NCBI GenBank assembly: GCA_963667785.2
Contig: CAXXMU010000006.1
Coordinates: 1 to 64,000 of the forward strand
DNA length: 64,000 nt
Direction of reading: 5' to 3'
Source: Alphaproteobacteria bacterium
GTDB taxonomy: Bacteria > Pseudomonadota > Alphaproteobacteria > UBA828
This document shows positions 53,129 through 62,695 of this stretch, piece after piece; position 1 is the stretch's first letter; each line of letters begins with the position of its first letter. The notes under the pieces were generated by a model. That model did no database searches and was not told the origin of the DNA. It was given only the letters and a program-made list of their open reading frames with translations. Made by a program: the position numbers and the translations under genes.

Positions 53129-53908
53129 GTGGCGCAGCTCCCGGCCTATGTCATCAATCTGGATCGCCGGCCGGATCGCCTGGAGGCGATCATGGCCAAC
53201 CTGGAGCGCATCGGCGTGACGGCGGAGCGCATCGCCGCGATCGACGGCGAACGGCTCGATAGCCGCCAGGCGCCCATCACCGCGCTCAGCCCGAGCGAGC
53301 GGGCCTGCGTGCTGAGCCACTGCGAGGCGCTGCGCCGCCTGCTGGCGACATCCCATCCCGCGGCGCTGGTGCTGGAAGACGATGCCGAGATTTCCGCCGA
53401 TACGGCGGCGCTGCTGCAGGCGACCGACTGGTGGCCCGCCGGCACCCGGCTGGTGAAGCTCGACACCATGCGCGACAAGCCCCGGCTCATGGGCCGGCAT
53501 CGCGGCGCCACCCCCAACGGGCGCGCGCTCCGGGCGCTGGTGATCGGCAACCCCGGCGCTGCCGGCTACCTCATCGACCGGGACGCTGCGGCGGCGGTGC
53601 TCGACGCCTGCGCGGCGCAGGACCTGCAGATCGACCTCGCCCTCTTCGACCTCCGGGTCTCCGGCACGGCGAAGCGCCTGCGCCCGGTCCAGGTCCTCCC
53701 CGCCCTGGTGAGGCAGCGGGGTGGCGCGTCTGACATCGACCAGGGGCGGCGGACCGCGCGGCCGGGCGGGCTGCGGGGCCGGGTCAGCCGGCTGGTGCGC
53801 GGCCCGCGCAAGCTGCCCCACCGGGTCTGCGTCCTGGGCTTGCGCATGGTCGGCCGGGTGCGGCGGCACCGGCTGCACTATGTCGACCGGCTGGCCGACG
53901 GGGCCTGA
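53129..53908 (+). CDS. Glycosyltransferase family 25 (LPS/LOS biosynthesis-like)
   Basis: YVINLDRRPDR, AIDG, ACVLSH, LVLEDDA, GAAGYLI. Confidence 0.9.
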   Translation: MAQLPAYVINLDRRPDRLEAIMANLERIGVTAERIAAIDGERLDSRQAPITALSPSERACVLSHCEALRRLLATSHPAALVLEDDAEISADTAALLQATDWWPAGTRLVKLDTMRDKPRLMGRHRGATPNGRALRALVIGNPGAAGYLIDRDAAAAVLDACAAQDLQIDLALFDLRVSGTAKRLRPVQVLPALVRQRGGASDIDQGRRTARPGGLRGRVSRLVRGPRKLPHRVCVLGLRMVGRVRRHRLHYVDRLADGA

Positions 53909-53911
53909 GCC

Positions 53912-55060
53912 GTGAGCACGGACGCAGACGGCCCCCTCGCCGGCCTCCTGGTGGTCTCGGTGGAGCAGGCCGTCGCCGCCCCCTTCGCCACCAGCCGGCT
54001 GGCGGACGCCGGCGCGCGCGTCATCAAGATCGAGCGGCCGGAGGGCGACTTCGCCCGCGCCTACGACCACGTGGTGGGCGGCGAGTGCGCCTGGTTCGTC
54101 TGGCTCAACCGCGGCAAGGAATCGGTCGTCCTCGACATCAAGGACGCAGGCGACAACGCCCTGCTGCAACGCATGATCGCGCGGGCCGACGTCTTCGTGC
54201 AGAACCTCGCGCCGGGCGCCGCAGGCCGCGCCGGCCTCGACTCGGCCGAACTGCGGCGGCGGAATCCCCGGCTCGTCACCTGCGACATCAGCGGCTATGG
54301 CGAGAGCGGCCCCTACGCCGCGATGAAGGCCTACGACTTCCTCATCCAGTGCGAATCGGGCATCGCGTCGGTCACCGGCACGCCGGAATCCGCGAGCCGC
54401 GTCGGCGTCTCGGTGTGCGACATCGGCGCGGGCCTCAACGCCTACGGCGCGATCCTAGAGGCCGTGCTCGCACGCCACCGCACCGGCCGGGGCGGCGGCA
54501 TCGCGATCTCGCTCTTCGACGGCATGGCGGACTGGATGACCGTGCCGCTGCTGCACCTGGAGCATGGCGGCAAGGCGCCGGCGCGCACCGGCCTCCGCCA
54601 CGCCATGATCGCGCCTTACGGCGCCTACCCCGTGGGCTGCGGCGGGCAGATGGTGATCGCCATCCAGAACGAGCGCGAGTGGGCGCGCTTCTGCGAGGCC
54701 ATCCTGGGCGATGCGTCGCTCGCGACCGACGCGCGCTTCGCCGGCCATCCGGCGAGGCTCGCCAACCGGGCCGAGATGGACGCGCTCATCGCCGCCGCCT
54801 TCGCCCGGCATGACATGGAGTCGCTCGCGGCCGCGCTCGGCGCGGCGCAGATCGCCTTCGGCCGGCTCAACGAGGTATCCGGGCTCTCGGCGCACCCGCA
54901 GCTTCGCCGGACGGCGGTCGAAACATCCGCCGGCACGGTCGAGATCGTCGCCCCACCGGCCCGTCACGACGATGCCGACCGCCCCCTCCGCCCGGTGCCT
55001 GCGCTGGGCGAACACAGCGCGGCGATCAGAGCGGAGTTCGGCGAGGGTGACGATCTCTGA
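53912..55060 (+). CDS. CaiB/BaiF family III CoA-transferase
   Basis: EQAVAAPF, LADAGARVIKIERPEGDFAR, WLNRGKES, KAYDFLIQ. Confidence 0.94.
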   Translation: MSTDADGPLAGLLVVSVEQAVAAPFATSRLADAGARVIKIERPEGDFARAYDHVVGGECAWFVWLNRGKESVVLDIKDAGDNALLQRMIARADVFVQNLAPGAAGRAGLDSAELRRRNPRLVTCDISGYGESGPYAAMKAYDFLIQCESGIASVTGTPESASRVGVSVCDIGAGLNAYGAILEAVLARHRTGRGGGIAISLFDGMADWMTVPLLHLEHGGKAPARTGLRHAMIAPYGAYPVGCGGQMVIAIQNEREWARFCEAILGDASLATDARFAGHPARLANRAEMDALIAAAFARHDMESLAAALGAAQIAFGRLNEVSGLSAHPQLRRTAVETSAGTVEIVAPPARHDDADRPLRPVPALGEHSAAIRAEFGEGDDL

Positions 55061-55077
55061 CTATGGGAGGGAGAGGA

Positions 55078-55395
55078 ATGCGAACGGCTCTATTGACGCT
55101 TGCCATTGTCCCAATGTGCCTGGGCTCGGCCCTCGCGTGCGACGATCACGTAGGCACGTGCGAAATCGAGGACTGGCGGTGGCAAATCGCAATGGGAATG
55201 CTGTCCATAGAAGCCAGCACAACCTGCGATTCCGGCCTCGCTAATATCCGCTTGTACGACGAGAGCGGGGACGAGCCGCGATTTCTCGGAATTGCACAGG
55301 GAATTGTCGAAGGTCACGCATTGACAGCCTTCGCCACCGACATAACTCGACCAGAGTCTTTATCAATCAAGTACAGCATTGATTCCGTTTTCTGA
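55078..55395 (+). CDS. Small secreted hypothetical protein
   Basis: GAGAGG RBS; signal peptide ending ALA; beta-rich mature part with three Cys; visibly lower GC than its neighbours. Confidence 0.65.
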   Translation: MRTALLTLAIVPMCLGSALACDDHVGTCEIEDWRWQIAMGMLSIEASTTCDSGLANIRLYDESGDEPRFLGIAQGIVEGHALTAFATDITRPESLSIKYSIDSVF

Positions 55396-55421
55396 GCGAG
55401 AGACTTAGCCGCCCCCAACAC

Positions 55422-55507
55422 CGTCATGCCCGGACTTGTTCCGGGCATCCATATGGGCCGGGTGCGACCGAGAGACGTGGATGGCCGGGACAAGCCCGGC
55501 CATGACG
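55422..55507. repeat. REP-like paired palindrome (GTCATGCCCGG...CCGGCCATGAC), copy 1
   Basis: CGTCATGCCCGGACTTGTTCCGGGCATCC ... GGATGGCCGGGACAAGCCCGGCCATGACG; second copy at 58727. Confidence 0.88.
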
Positions 55508-55588
55508 TGGCGGAGAGAGTCCTCCCCTCTCGAGTCCCCGGACCATGGTGCGGTTCACGGCGCGGGGTGCCGGTGCCAGGGTGGCGCC

Positions 55589-56146
55589 ATGACGAGCACG
55601 AGCGACCAAGCCACGAAAGACCGCTGCGACCCACGCTCCTCGCTGAGGAGCCTGCCGCCTGCGCTGCTCGATTCCGTCGACACCGCGATCGCCGACGGCG
55701 CCACCATCGACGAGATCACGGCCCTCATCCACGCCGAGGGCGGCACCTGCTCGCGCTCGGCCGTCGCCCGCTACGCCCGGCGGGTGCGCGGCATGGTCGG
55801 CCGGAAGCACGAGGCCGGCCGCATCGTGCAAGGATTGGCTCGGGTGGAGGAGGCGTGCGACGGAGGCCCCGTCAGCGGGCCCGTGATCGAGACCCTGCGG
55901 GAGATGGCGCTGATCGCCCTGGCCGATCTCGACGAGAACGAGGAGCCCGTGCCGCCGGGGGTGATCGCCCGCCTCGCGCTTGCGGTGCACCGCCTGGAGA
56001 GCGCCGACAGGTTCCGCATCGAGCGCGAACGCGAGGCGGCCGAGGCCGAGGCCCGCGCCACCGGCGGGCCTCCCTACAGCCAGGGGCTCTCGGACGAGGC
56101 CGTCGCCATCATCCGCAGGGCGGTCGAATGCGAGTTCTCGCGGTGA
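55589..56146 (+). CDS. Orphan Mu-like phage gp27 (DUF3486-like) protein
   Basis: SSLRSLPP, ATIDEI, SRSAVARYA and C-terminal GLSDEAVAIIRRAV match the recalled gp27/DUF3486 pattern; no other phage genes nearby. Confidence 0.7.
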   Translation: MTSTSDQATKDRCDPRSSLRSLPPALLDSVDTAIADGATIDEITALIHAEGGTCSRSAVARYARRVRGMVGRKHEAGRIVQGLARVEEACDGGPVSGPVIETLREMALIALADLDENEEPVPPGVIARLALAVHRLESADRFRIEREREAAEAEARATGGPPYSQGLSDEAVAIIRRAVECEFSR

Positions 56147-56177
56147 GCGCGCCGCGCCGCCGCCATTCGACCCCCGC

Positions 56178-56228
56178 TGTGCCGCATAGAGTGCCGCTTG
56201 TGCCGGGTTGTCCCGGGATATCCCGCAT
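56178..56228 (+). repeat. Five degenerate tandem repeats of about 10 bp (consensus TGTSCCGSRT) followed by an A-tract
   Basis: TGTGCCGCAT, AGTGCCGCT, TGTGCCGGGT, TGTCCCGGGA, TATCCCGCAT, then AAAAAA. Confidence 0.65.
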
Positions 56229-56413
56229 AAAAAACGAGGGGGGCCGTGTCACTTCGCGCCCCCGCCGTCCGGCCATGACGAAGGGGAGATCGGGCGGCAG
56301 GGACCCGTTGCCGCGAACGACACCATGTGCGCCGCGCTCACGACCGACTCAGGCGCGGACTCTCTTTCCGCGCTCGCGACCTTTCAGGCGCGAGCGACCC
56401 GGGCTCGCGTGAC

Positions 56414-56638
56414 TTAGTTCAGGCCGAAGTCGCCGAAGCGCTTGTTGAAGCGCGAGACCTGGCCGCCGCGGTCGACCAGCCGCTGGGCGCCGCCGGTCCA
56501 GACCGGGTGCGACAGCGGGTCGATGTCGAGCGTCAGCGTGTCGCCGGCCTTGCCCCACGTGGACCGCGTGGTAAAGGTGCTGCCGTCTGTGCGGACGACG
56601 GTGATCTCGTGATAGTCGGGATGAATGTCTTTCTTCAT
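56414..56638 (-). CDS. rpmE: 50S ribosomal protein L31 (zinc-free type)
   Basis: [10 protein letters not shown]...[13 protein letters not shown]...[10 protein letters not shown]. Confidence 0.97.
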   Translation of the reverse strand: MKKDIHPDYHEITVVRTDGSTFTTRSTWGKAGDTLTLDIDPLSHPVWTGGAQRLVDRGGQVSRFNKRFGDFGLN

Positions 56639-56754
56639 CGGGGGCCCCGCTTGCCGAGCGGGCTTCATACAGAGACGGCGGCCCCGACGCAAGCGTTGAC
56701 GCAAGCGCCTCCGCGCTCCTGCGCGCAAGCCGCGCACGCGACGGGGCCAGCCGG

Positions 56755-58641
56755 GTGAGCCTGCTGGGCTCCACTGCTGCGCGGCGCCGGGCGGGCGAGA
56801 CGCCCTCGTCCGCGCTGCCGCCCCGCCGCGAGGTCCGCCAGATCCGCCACCTCTTCCGCTATCTCGGCCCCTACCGCTGGGTGATCGCCGCCGCCATCGT
56901 GGCGCTTTGCGTCAGCGCCGCGGCGGTGCTCGCGCTGGGCCAGGGGCTCCGCGTGCTGATCGACGACGGCCTCGGCGGCGAGGAGGCCACGCGCCTGCAC
57001 GAGGCGCTGATGTACATGGCGGGCATGGTGGGGCTGCTCGCGGCTGGCACCTTCACCCGCTTCTACCTCGTCTCCTGGCTCGGCGAGCGGGTGATCGCCG
57101 ACCTCAGGCGCGCGGTCTTCCGCCGCCTCGTCTCCCTGAGCCCGGCCTTCTTCGAGATCAACAAGGTGGGCGAGCTGCTCTCGCGCATCACCACCGACAC
57201 CACCCTGCTGCAGACGGTGATCGGCCACCAGGCATCGTCGGCGATCCGCAACCTGCTGCTCCTCCTCGGCGCGAGCGCGATGCTGGTGGTGACGAGCCCG
57301 ACGCTCACCGGCTTCGTGGTGCTGATGGTGCCCGTGGTGGTGATCCCCATCGTCGTTCTCGGCCGCCGGGTGCGGCGCTACTCCCGCATCGCCCAGGACC
57401 GCGTGGGCGACGTCGCCGGCCACCTGGAGGAGGCGCTCGGCGGGATTCGCACCGTGCAGGCGTTCGGCCAGGAGGAGAGCAGCGGCGCGCGCTTCAGCGG
57501 CCATGTCGAGGCGGCCTTCCGGGCAGCGCTCAGCCGCGTGCGTGCGCGGGCGCTGCTGACCGCGATCGTCATCCTGCTCGTCTTCTGCGGCGTCGGCCTG
57601 GTGCTCTGGATCGCCGGCCGCACCGTGCTGCAGGGCGAGATGACCGGCGGCGAGATGACCGCCTTCATGTTCTACGCGGTGGTGGTCGCAGGCTCGGTGG
57701 GCTCGCTCAGCGAGGTCTACGGCGATCTGCAGCACGCCGCCGGCGCTGCCGAGCGGCTCGCCGAGCTGCTCGGGCAGGAGCCCGCGCTCGCGCCGCCGCC
57801 GCCGGTGGCCCGGCCGCTGCCGGAGCCGCAGCAGGGCGCGGTGCGCATCGACGATGCCACCTTCCGCTACCCCTCGCGACCTGACGCCGCGGCGCTGGCG
57901 AGCTTCTCGCTTTCCGTCCGGCCGGGCGAGACGGTAGCCCTGGTCGGCCCCTCCGGCGCGGGCAAGTCGACCGTGTTCAACCTCCTGCTCCGCTTCTACG
58001 ACCCCGATACGGGGCGGGTCGCCCTCGACGGAATCGACCTGCGCGAGGCGTCGCTCGAGGCGGTGCGCGGCTCGTTCGCCCTGGTGCCGCAGGACCCGGT
58101 GATCTTCGCCGCCAGCGCCTGGGAGAACATCCGCTTCGGCCGGCCCGACGCGGGCGACGACGAGGTGCGCGCCGCGGCCGAGGCTGCCGACGCCGCCGCC
58201 TTTCTCGACGCGCTGCCGGAGGGCTTCGACACCTTCCTGGGCGAGCGGGGAACGCGGCTCTCGGGCGGGCAGAAGCAGCGTATCGCGCTCGCCCGCGCTG
58301 TGCTGCGCAACCCGGCGGTGCTGCTGCTCGACGAGGCGACGAGCGCCCTCGATGCCGAGAGCGAGCGGGCGGTGCAGGAGGCGCTGGAGCGCCTCATGGC
58401 GGGGCGCACCACCATCGTCATCGCCCACCGCCTGGCGACGGTGCAGAAGGCCGACCGCATCGTGGTGATGGACGAGGGCCGCGTCGTCGCCGAGGGGACG
58501 CACCGGGCGCTCATGGCGCGCGGCGGGCTCTATGCCCGCCTCGCCGCGCTCCAGTTCGACGACGGGCGGGCACCGAGCGCGGACCCCTACGACGCGCCTG
58601 CGGACGCCCTCGGCACCACGCCCCGCAGCGCAGCGGGCTAG
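56755..58641 (+). CDS. ABC exporter, fused permease and ATPase (MsbA-related)
   Basis: Six-TM domain ([18 protein letters not shown]), [27 protein letters not shown]. Confidence 0.94.
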   Translation: MSLLGSTAARRRAGETPSSALPPRREVRQIRHLFRYLGPYRWVIAAAIVALCVSAAAVLALGQGLRVLIDDGLGGEEATRLHEALMYMAGMVGLLAAGTFTRFYLVSWLGERVIADLRRAVFRRLVSLSPAFFEINKVGELLSRITTDTTLLQTVIGHQASSAIRNLLLLLGASAMLVVTSPTLTGFVVLMVPVVVIPIVVLGRRVRRYSRIAQDRVGDVAGHLEEALGGIRTVQAFGQEESSGARFSGHVEAAFRAALSRVRARALLTAIVILLVFCGVGLVLWIAGRTVLQGEMTGGEMTAFMFYAVVVAGSVGSLSEVYGDLQHAAGAAERLAELLGQEPALAPPPPVARPLPEPQQGAVRIDDATFRYPSRPDAAALASFSLSVRPGETVALVGPSGAGKSTVFNLLLRFYDPDTGRVALDGIDLREASLEAVRGSFALVPQDPVIFAASAWENIRFGRPDAGDDEVRAAAEAADAAAFLDALPEGFDTFLGERGTRLSGGQKQRIALARAVLRNPAVLLLDEATSALDAESERAVQEALERLMAGRTTIVIAHRLATVQKADRIVVMDEGRVVAEGTHRALMARGGLYARLAALQFDDGRAPSADPYDAPADALGTTPRSAAG

Positions 58642-58726
58642 CCCGCGCTAGTGTCCCGTTTCCGAGGTTTATGCGCACGCAGTCGGGCTGGTGGGTGACC
58701 TCGCCGACCGCGCCTCTCCCCCATGT

Positions 58727-58821
58727 CGTCATGCCCGGACTTGTTCCGGGCATCTCGTTCAGTAGGCACCCTCCGTCACCAAGAAGACTCGTGGATGGCC
58801 GGAATAAATCCGGCCATGACG
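58727..58821. repeat. REP-like paired palindrome, copy 2
   Basis: CGTCATGCCCGGACTTGTTCCGGGCATC ... GGATGGCCGGAATAAATCCGGCCATGACG between convergent genes. Confidence 0.88.
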
Positions 58822-58867
58822 CGGAGAGAGCGCCGTGCAGATGGACGGGAACTGTTGGAGCGGGACG

Positions 58868-60403
58868 TTAGCGCTGGGTCAGCTTGAGCTCGATGCGGCG
58901 GTTGCGGCGGTAGGCGATCTCGTCCTCGCGCGCATCGAGGGGCTGGAACTCGCCGTAGCCGGTGGCGCTCAGGTGCCTGGGCGAGATGCCCCGGTCGATG
59001 AGGAAGTTCACCACCGAGATCGCGCGCGCCGACGAGAGCTCCCAGTTCGAGGGGAAGCGCGCCGTCTGGATCGGCCGGCTGTCGGTGTGGCCGTCGACCT
59101 GCAGGATCCACGGCAGGTCCGTCGGGATTCGGACCATCACCTCCTTGAGGATGTCCGCGAACTTGGCCAGCCGGTTCTGGCCTTCTTGCCCGAGCTCGTC
59201 GGACGCGGACGCGAACAGCACCTCGGACTGGAAGACGAAGCGATCGCCGATGATGGTGAAGTCGCGCCGGTCGCTCAGCACCTGCCTGAGCCGCCCGAAG
59301 AACTCGGAGCGGTAGGCGGCGAGCTCCTCGACCTTGGCGGCGAGCGCGAGATTGAGGCGTTCGCCCAGGTTGGCGATCGTCACCTGCTGCTCCTCGCTCT
59401 TGCGCTCGGAGATTTCGAGGGCCTGCTCGAGGCGCGCGAGCTGGGTCCTGAGCGCCAGGATCTGCTGGTTGAGCAGGGCGATCTGATCGCGCTGCCGGGC
59501 GCTGAGCTGGCGGTTCTCGCTCAGCGCGGATTCGCTGTCGGCGAGCGAGACCTGGGCCGCCAGGTGCAGCGCCTGCACCTCCGCGAGACGGATCTCCCGC
59601 TCCTCCAGCGAACGCTGGGCCAGCACCGTGCGCTCCTGCTCGTCCGAGAGGCGCTCCTCGAGCTCCGCCGTCGTGTCACGGAGCGCGGCGAGATCAGCGA
59701 GGATGAGATCTATCTGCTCCCGGCTGAGCCGAAGCTCGCCCCGGCTGGCCTCGAGCTCCTCCTGGCTCCGTGCGAACTCATCCCTGCTGCTGGCGAGCTC
59801 GTCTTGGCTCTTGGCGAGCTCGTCCCGACTTGCCGTCAGCGCCAGGGCGAGCGTCGCGACCTTGGCCTCGAGGTCGGCACGCACCGCCTGCAGCGCGTCG
59901 ATGTCGCGGCGAAGACGCTCGAGATCGGTGAGCAGGAGTTTGATCCTCTCCTCGCCGGCCTCGATCAGGAGCATTGCCTCGGCCTCGGCCTGCTGCGCGA
60001 TGGCGGCCTCGGCCAGCGCCGTCTGCCCCTCGCCGGTCATGTCCCGCAGCCGCAGCCGCAGCGTGTCGCGCTCGCCGCTCGCCGAGGCGAGCTCGGCGCC
60101 GAGCCGGTCGCGTTCGGAGAGCGAGGCCTGAAGCTGGGCCGAGAGCTGGGCGATGTTGAGCCGGAGCTCGGCGTTGGCCTGCTGCTCCAGCGACAGCATC
60201 TCGGCGAGGCTGCTGATCTGGGCCGACAGCTCGTTCAGCTGGTCGTTCGTGCCCGACAGCGTGCGCTGGAGGAAGTACTGCGCCAGCATGTAGACGACGA
60301 GCAGGAAAATCATGACCAGGAGCAGGGTCGACATGAGGTCGACGAATCCCGGCCAGTAGTCGGAGCGCTGACCCCTCCGTCTCAGGCGCGATGCGGCGTA
60401 CAC
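58868..60403 (-). CDS. MotB-like protein: N-terminal TM anchor, long coiled coil, OmpA-like peptidoglycan-binding domain
   Basis: YWPGFVD then a TM segment; C-terminal VDGHTD, NWELSSARA, NRRIELKL. Confidence 0.9.
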   Translation of the reverse strand: MYAASRLRRRGQRSDYWPGFVDLMSTLLLVMIFLLVVYMLAQYFLQRTLSGTNDQLNELSAQISSLAEMLSLEQQANAELRLNIAQLSAQLQASLSERDRLGAELASASGERDTLRLRLRDMTGEGQTALAEAAIAQQAEAEAMLLIEAGEERIKLLLTDLERLRRDIDALQAVRADLEAKVATLALALTASRDELAKSQDELASSRDEFARSQEELEASRGELRLSREQIDLILADLAALRDTTAELEERLSDEQERTVLAQRSLEEREIRLAEVQALHLAAQVSLADSESALSENRQLSARQRDQIALLNQQILALRTQLARLEQALEISERKSEEQQVTIANLGERLNLALAAKVEELAAYRSEFFGRLRQVLSDRRDFTIIGDRFVFQSEVLFASASDELGQEGQNRLAKFADILKEVMVRIPTDLPWILQVDGHTDSRPIQTARFPSNWELSSARAISVVNFLIDRGISPRHLSATGYGEFQPLDAREDEIAYRRNRRIELKLTQR

Positions 60404-60427
60404 CGGGCGGGCCTCCGCGCCTGGCCC

Positions 60428-61573
60428 CTAGCGACGCTCGTTCTCGGCGACCGCCGCTATGGTCCGGGCGAGAAGCTTGATCTCGCCGCGCAGCTCAGCG
60501 ACCGTCTTCTCGCGCCCGGAGACCAGCTCCTCCAGGAGCCGCGTGACATAGACGTCCAGATTGCGCAGATGCGCGCGGCTCGGCTCGTCGAGCCCGCCCT
60601 GCCGGGCGGCGCCGGCCGCCAGACGCTCCAGCACCGGCCGCATCTCGAGCTGGTTCTCGGCCAGCTTGACCATCAGGTCCTGCTCGGAGCGCATGTGGTC
60701 CGTGAGCGAGGCCAGCCGCTCGGTCAGCGACATCAGGTTGGCCGAGGATGACGCGCGCTGCTCCTCGCCGCGCGCGAGCGTTCGCTGCAACTCGTCGAGG
60801 CTGTCGGCCGTCTTTTCCAGCAGTGCGCTGACGTAGGCCGGGACCGACTGGTCGCCGTCCATCGACAGCCCACCGCCGGAGAGCCGGGTGTAGGAGGACA
60901 GCCAGTCCTCCAGCTCGTTGTAGAACCGGTTCTGGGCCTGGCTCGCTTGCAGCTCGAGAAAGCCGAGGACGAGCGAGCCGGCAAGGCCGAAGAGCGACGA
61001 GCTGAAGGCCGTGCCCATGCCTTCGAGCGGCGCCTCGAGGCCGACCTTGAGGTCGTCGAACACGCCGATCAGGTCCTGGTTGGCCACCGACAGGTCGCCG
61101 ATCACGTCGCCCACCGAGGTCACCGTCTGAAGCAGCCCCCAGAACGTACCGAGCAGGCCGAGGAAGATCAGCAGGCCGATCATGTAGCGCGAGAGGTCGC
61201 GGGATTCGTCGAGCCTGGAGCTGATGCCGTCGAGCACGCTGCGGAACGAGACGGCAGAGAGCGTCATGCGCCCGTGCCTGTCGGCGAGCATCGTCGCGAG
61301 CGGCGCCAGCAGGCGCGGCTCGCGGGCGGGCGGCGGCGCCCCCGGCACGTCGTCCCTCTTCATCGCCGCGAGCCAGGCGGTATCGGGCTTGAGCAGGAGG
61401 ACCTGCCGGAAGTTGTAGACGATACCGATGATCAGGGCGCCGAGGATGACGCCGTTCAGCACCGCATTGGCGAAGAAGGCGGTGGCGAGCGTGTCGATCA
61501 GCACGACCACTACCCCGACCACCAGGGCCAGGAAGAGGCTCATGCGAAGCAGGAATGGCCGCTGTCCGCTCAT
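60428..61573 (-). CDS. MotA/TolQ/ExbB-like membrane protein with a long C-terminal helical tail
   Basis: LIFLGLLGTFWGL and GMGTAFSSSLFGL channel helices; directly upstream of the MotB-like gene. Confidence 0.88.
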   Translation of the reverse strand: MSGQRPFLLRMSLFLALVVGVVVVLIDTLATAFFANAVLNGVILGALIIGIVYNFRQVLLLKPDTAWLAAMKRDDVPGAPPPAREPRLLAPLATMLADRHGRMTLSAVSFRSVLDGISSRLDESRDLSRYMIGLLIFLGLLGTFWGLLQTVTSVGDVIGDLSVANQDLIGVFDDLKVGLEAPLEGMGTAFSSSLFGLAGSLVLGFLELQASQAQNRFYNELEDWLSSYTRLSGGGLSMDGDQSVPAYVSALLEKTADSLDELQRTLARGEEQRASSSANLMSLTERLASLTDHMRSEQDLMVKLAENQLEMRPVLERLAAGAARQGGLDEPSRAHLRNLDVYVTRLLEELVSGREKTVAELRGEIKLLARTIAAVAENERR

Positions 61574-61693
61574 CGCCCGTCCGCTATTTCCGGAACGCTC
61601 GTGACCTTAGTACAGCGCGTCGCGGGCCGACAACCGGCGCCCCCCGCGTGCGCAATCCACGCCGCACCTGCCGCACCTGTCCGCCCGCCCCTC

Positions 61694-62695
61694 TCACGCC
61701 GCGCCTCCGGAGCGCGCCCGCCCGGTACCCGCGAGAGGATGCCCGGCCTGAACCAGGCGCCTGAGGCGCTCGTCGAGGACGTGGGTATAGATTTCCGTCG
61801 TCGCGATGTCGGCGTGGCCCAGCATCTTCTGCACCGCCCTCAGGTCCGCGCCGTTGGCGAGCAGGTGGCTGGCGAAGGCGTGGCGCAGCGCGTGCGGCGA
61901 GACCCGCCCCGGCTCGATGCCGGCCGCCCGCGCCAGCGCCTTGAGCATCTGCGCCAGGCGATGGCGCGTGAGATGGCCGCTCGCAGCGCGGGAGGGGAAC
62001 AGCCAGCGCGACGGCGCGCCGCCGGCGAGGTGGCGCTCGCGCACCGCGAGGTAGGCGTCGAGCGCACGGCGGGCCGGCGCTCCCAGCGGGACCAGCCGCT
62101 CCTTCCCACCCTTTCCCCGGACCAGCAGGGTGCGCGTCTCGGCCGAGACCGCATGGAGCGGCAGCGAGACCAGCTCCGAGACGCGCAGGCCGCCGCCGTA
62201 GAGCAGCTCGACCATGGCCCTGAGGCGCAGCCCGTCCGCCTCGCGCCGGGGCGAGAGCCCCGGACGGCCGGCCTCGGGCCATGCCGCCGCGAGCAACTTC
62301 CCGACCTCGTCTTCGCTCAGCACCCCGGGAAGCGTGCGGGGCAGCGCCGGCGACTCCACCGGGCCGGTGGGGTCGTCCTCGCGCCGGCCGTCGGTGAGCA
62401 GGAAGCGGTAGAACTGGCGCAGGCAAGAGAGCCGGCGCCCGGCGGTGCGGGCCGAGATGCCGGCGCGGCGCTGCGCCGCCACGAAGTCTCGGATCGATTC
62501 GGTTCCGGCCTCGGCGAGGGCGACGCCGGAGGGCGCAAGATGGGCGGCGAAGCAGGCGAGATCGCGCCGATAGGCATCGAGCGTGTTACGGGCGAGCCCG
62601 CGCTCCGCCGCCGCCATCTCGAGAAAGGCCTCGATGGCCGCGCCGTCGCCTGCGCGCAGCGTCGCCGCCACCGCCGTCCGCCCCCGGACCGTCAC
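61694..62695 (-). CDS. xerD: Site-specific tyrosine recombinase XerD
   Basis: ERGLARNTLDAYRRDL, GLRVSEL, GKGGKERLVP, SPHALRHAFASHLL, LGHADIATTEIYTHV; GTG overlaps the upstream TGA. Confidence 0.93.
   Translation of the reverse strand: MTVRGRTAVAATLRAGDGAAIEAFLEMAAAERGLARNTLDAYRRDLACFAAHLAPSGVALAEAGTESIRDFVAAQRRAGISARTAGRRLSCLRQFYRFLLTDGRREDDPTGPVESPALPRTLPGVLSEDEVGKLLAAAWPEAGRPGLSPRREADGLRLRAMVELLYGGGLRVSELVSLPLHAVSAETRTLLVRGKGGKERLVPLGAPARRALDAYLAVRERHLAGGAPSRWLFPSRAASGHLTRHRLAQMLKALARAAGIEPGRVSPHALRHAFASHLLANGADLRAVQKMLGHADIATTEIYTHVLDERLRRLVQAGHPLAGTGRARSGGAA

Noticed and set aside
58868-61573. Complete Zorya defence system
   Set aside because: No zorC/zorD/zorE effector genes and a housekeeping neighbourhood; kept only as an architectural analogy.
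61694-62695. Phage integrase marking a prophage
   Set aside because: Motifs and context fit chromosomal XerD; the 655-aa ORF call includes off-frame upstream sequence.
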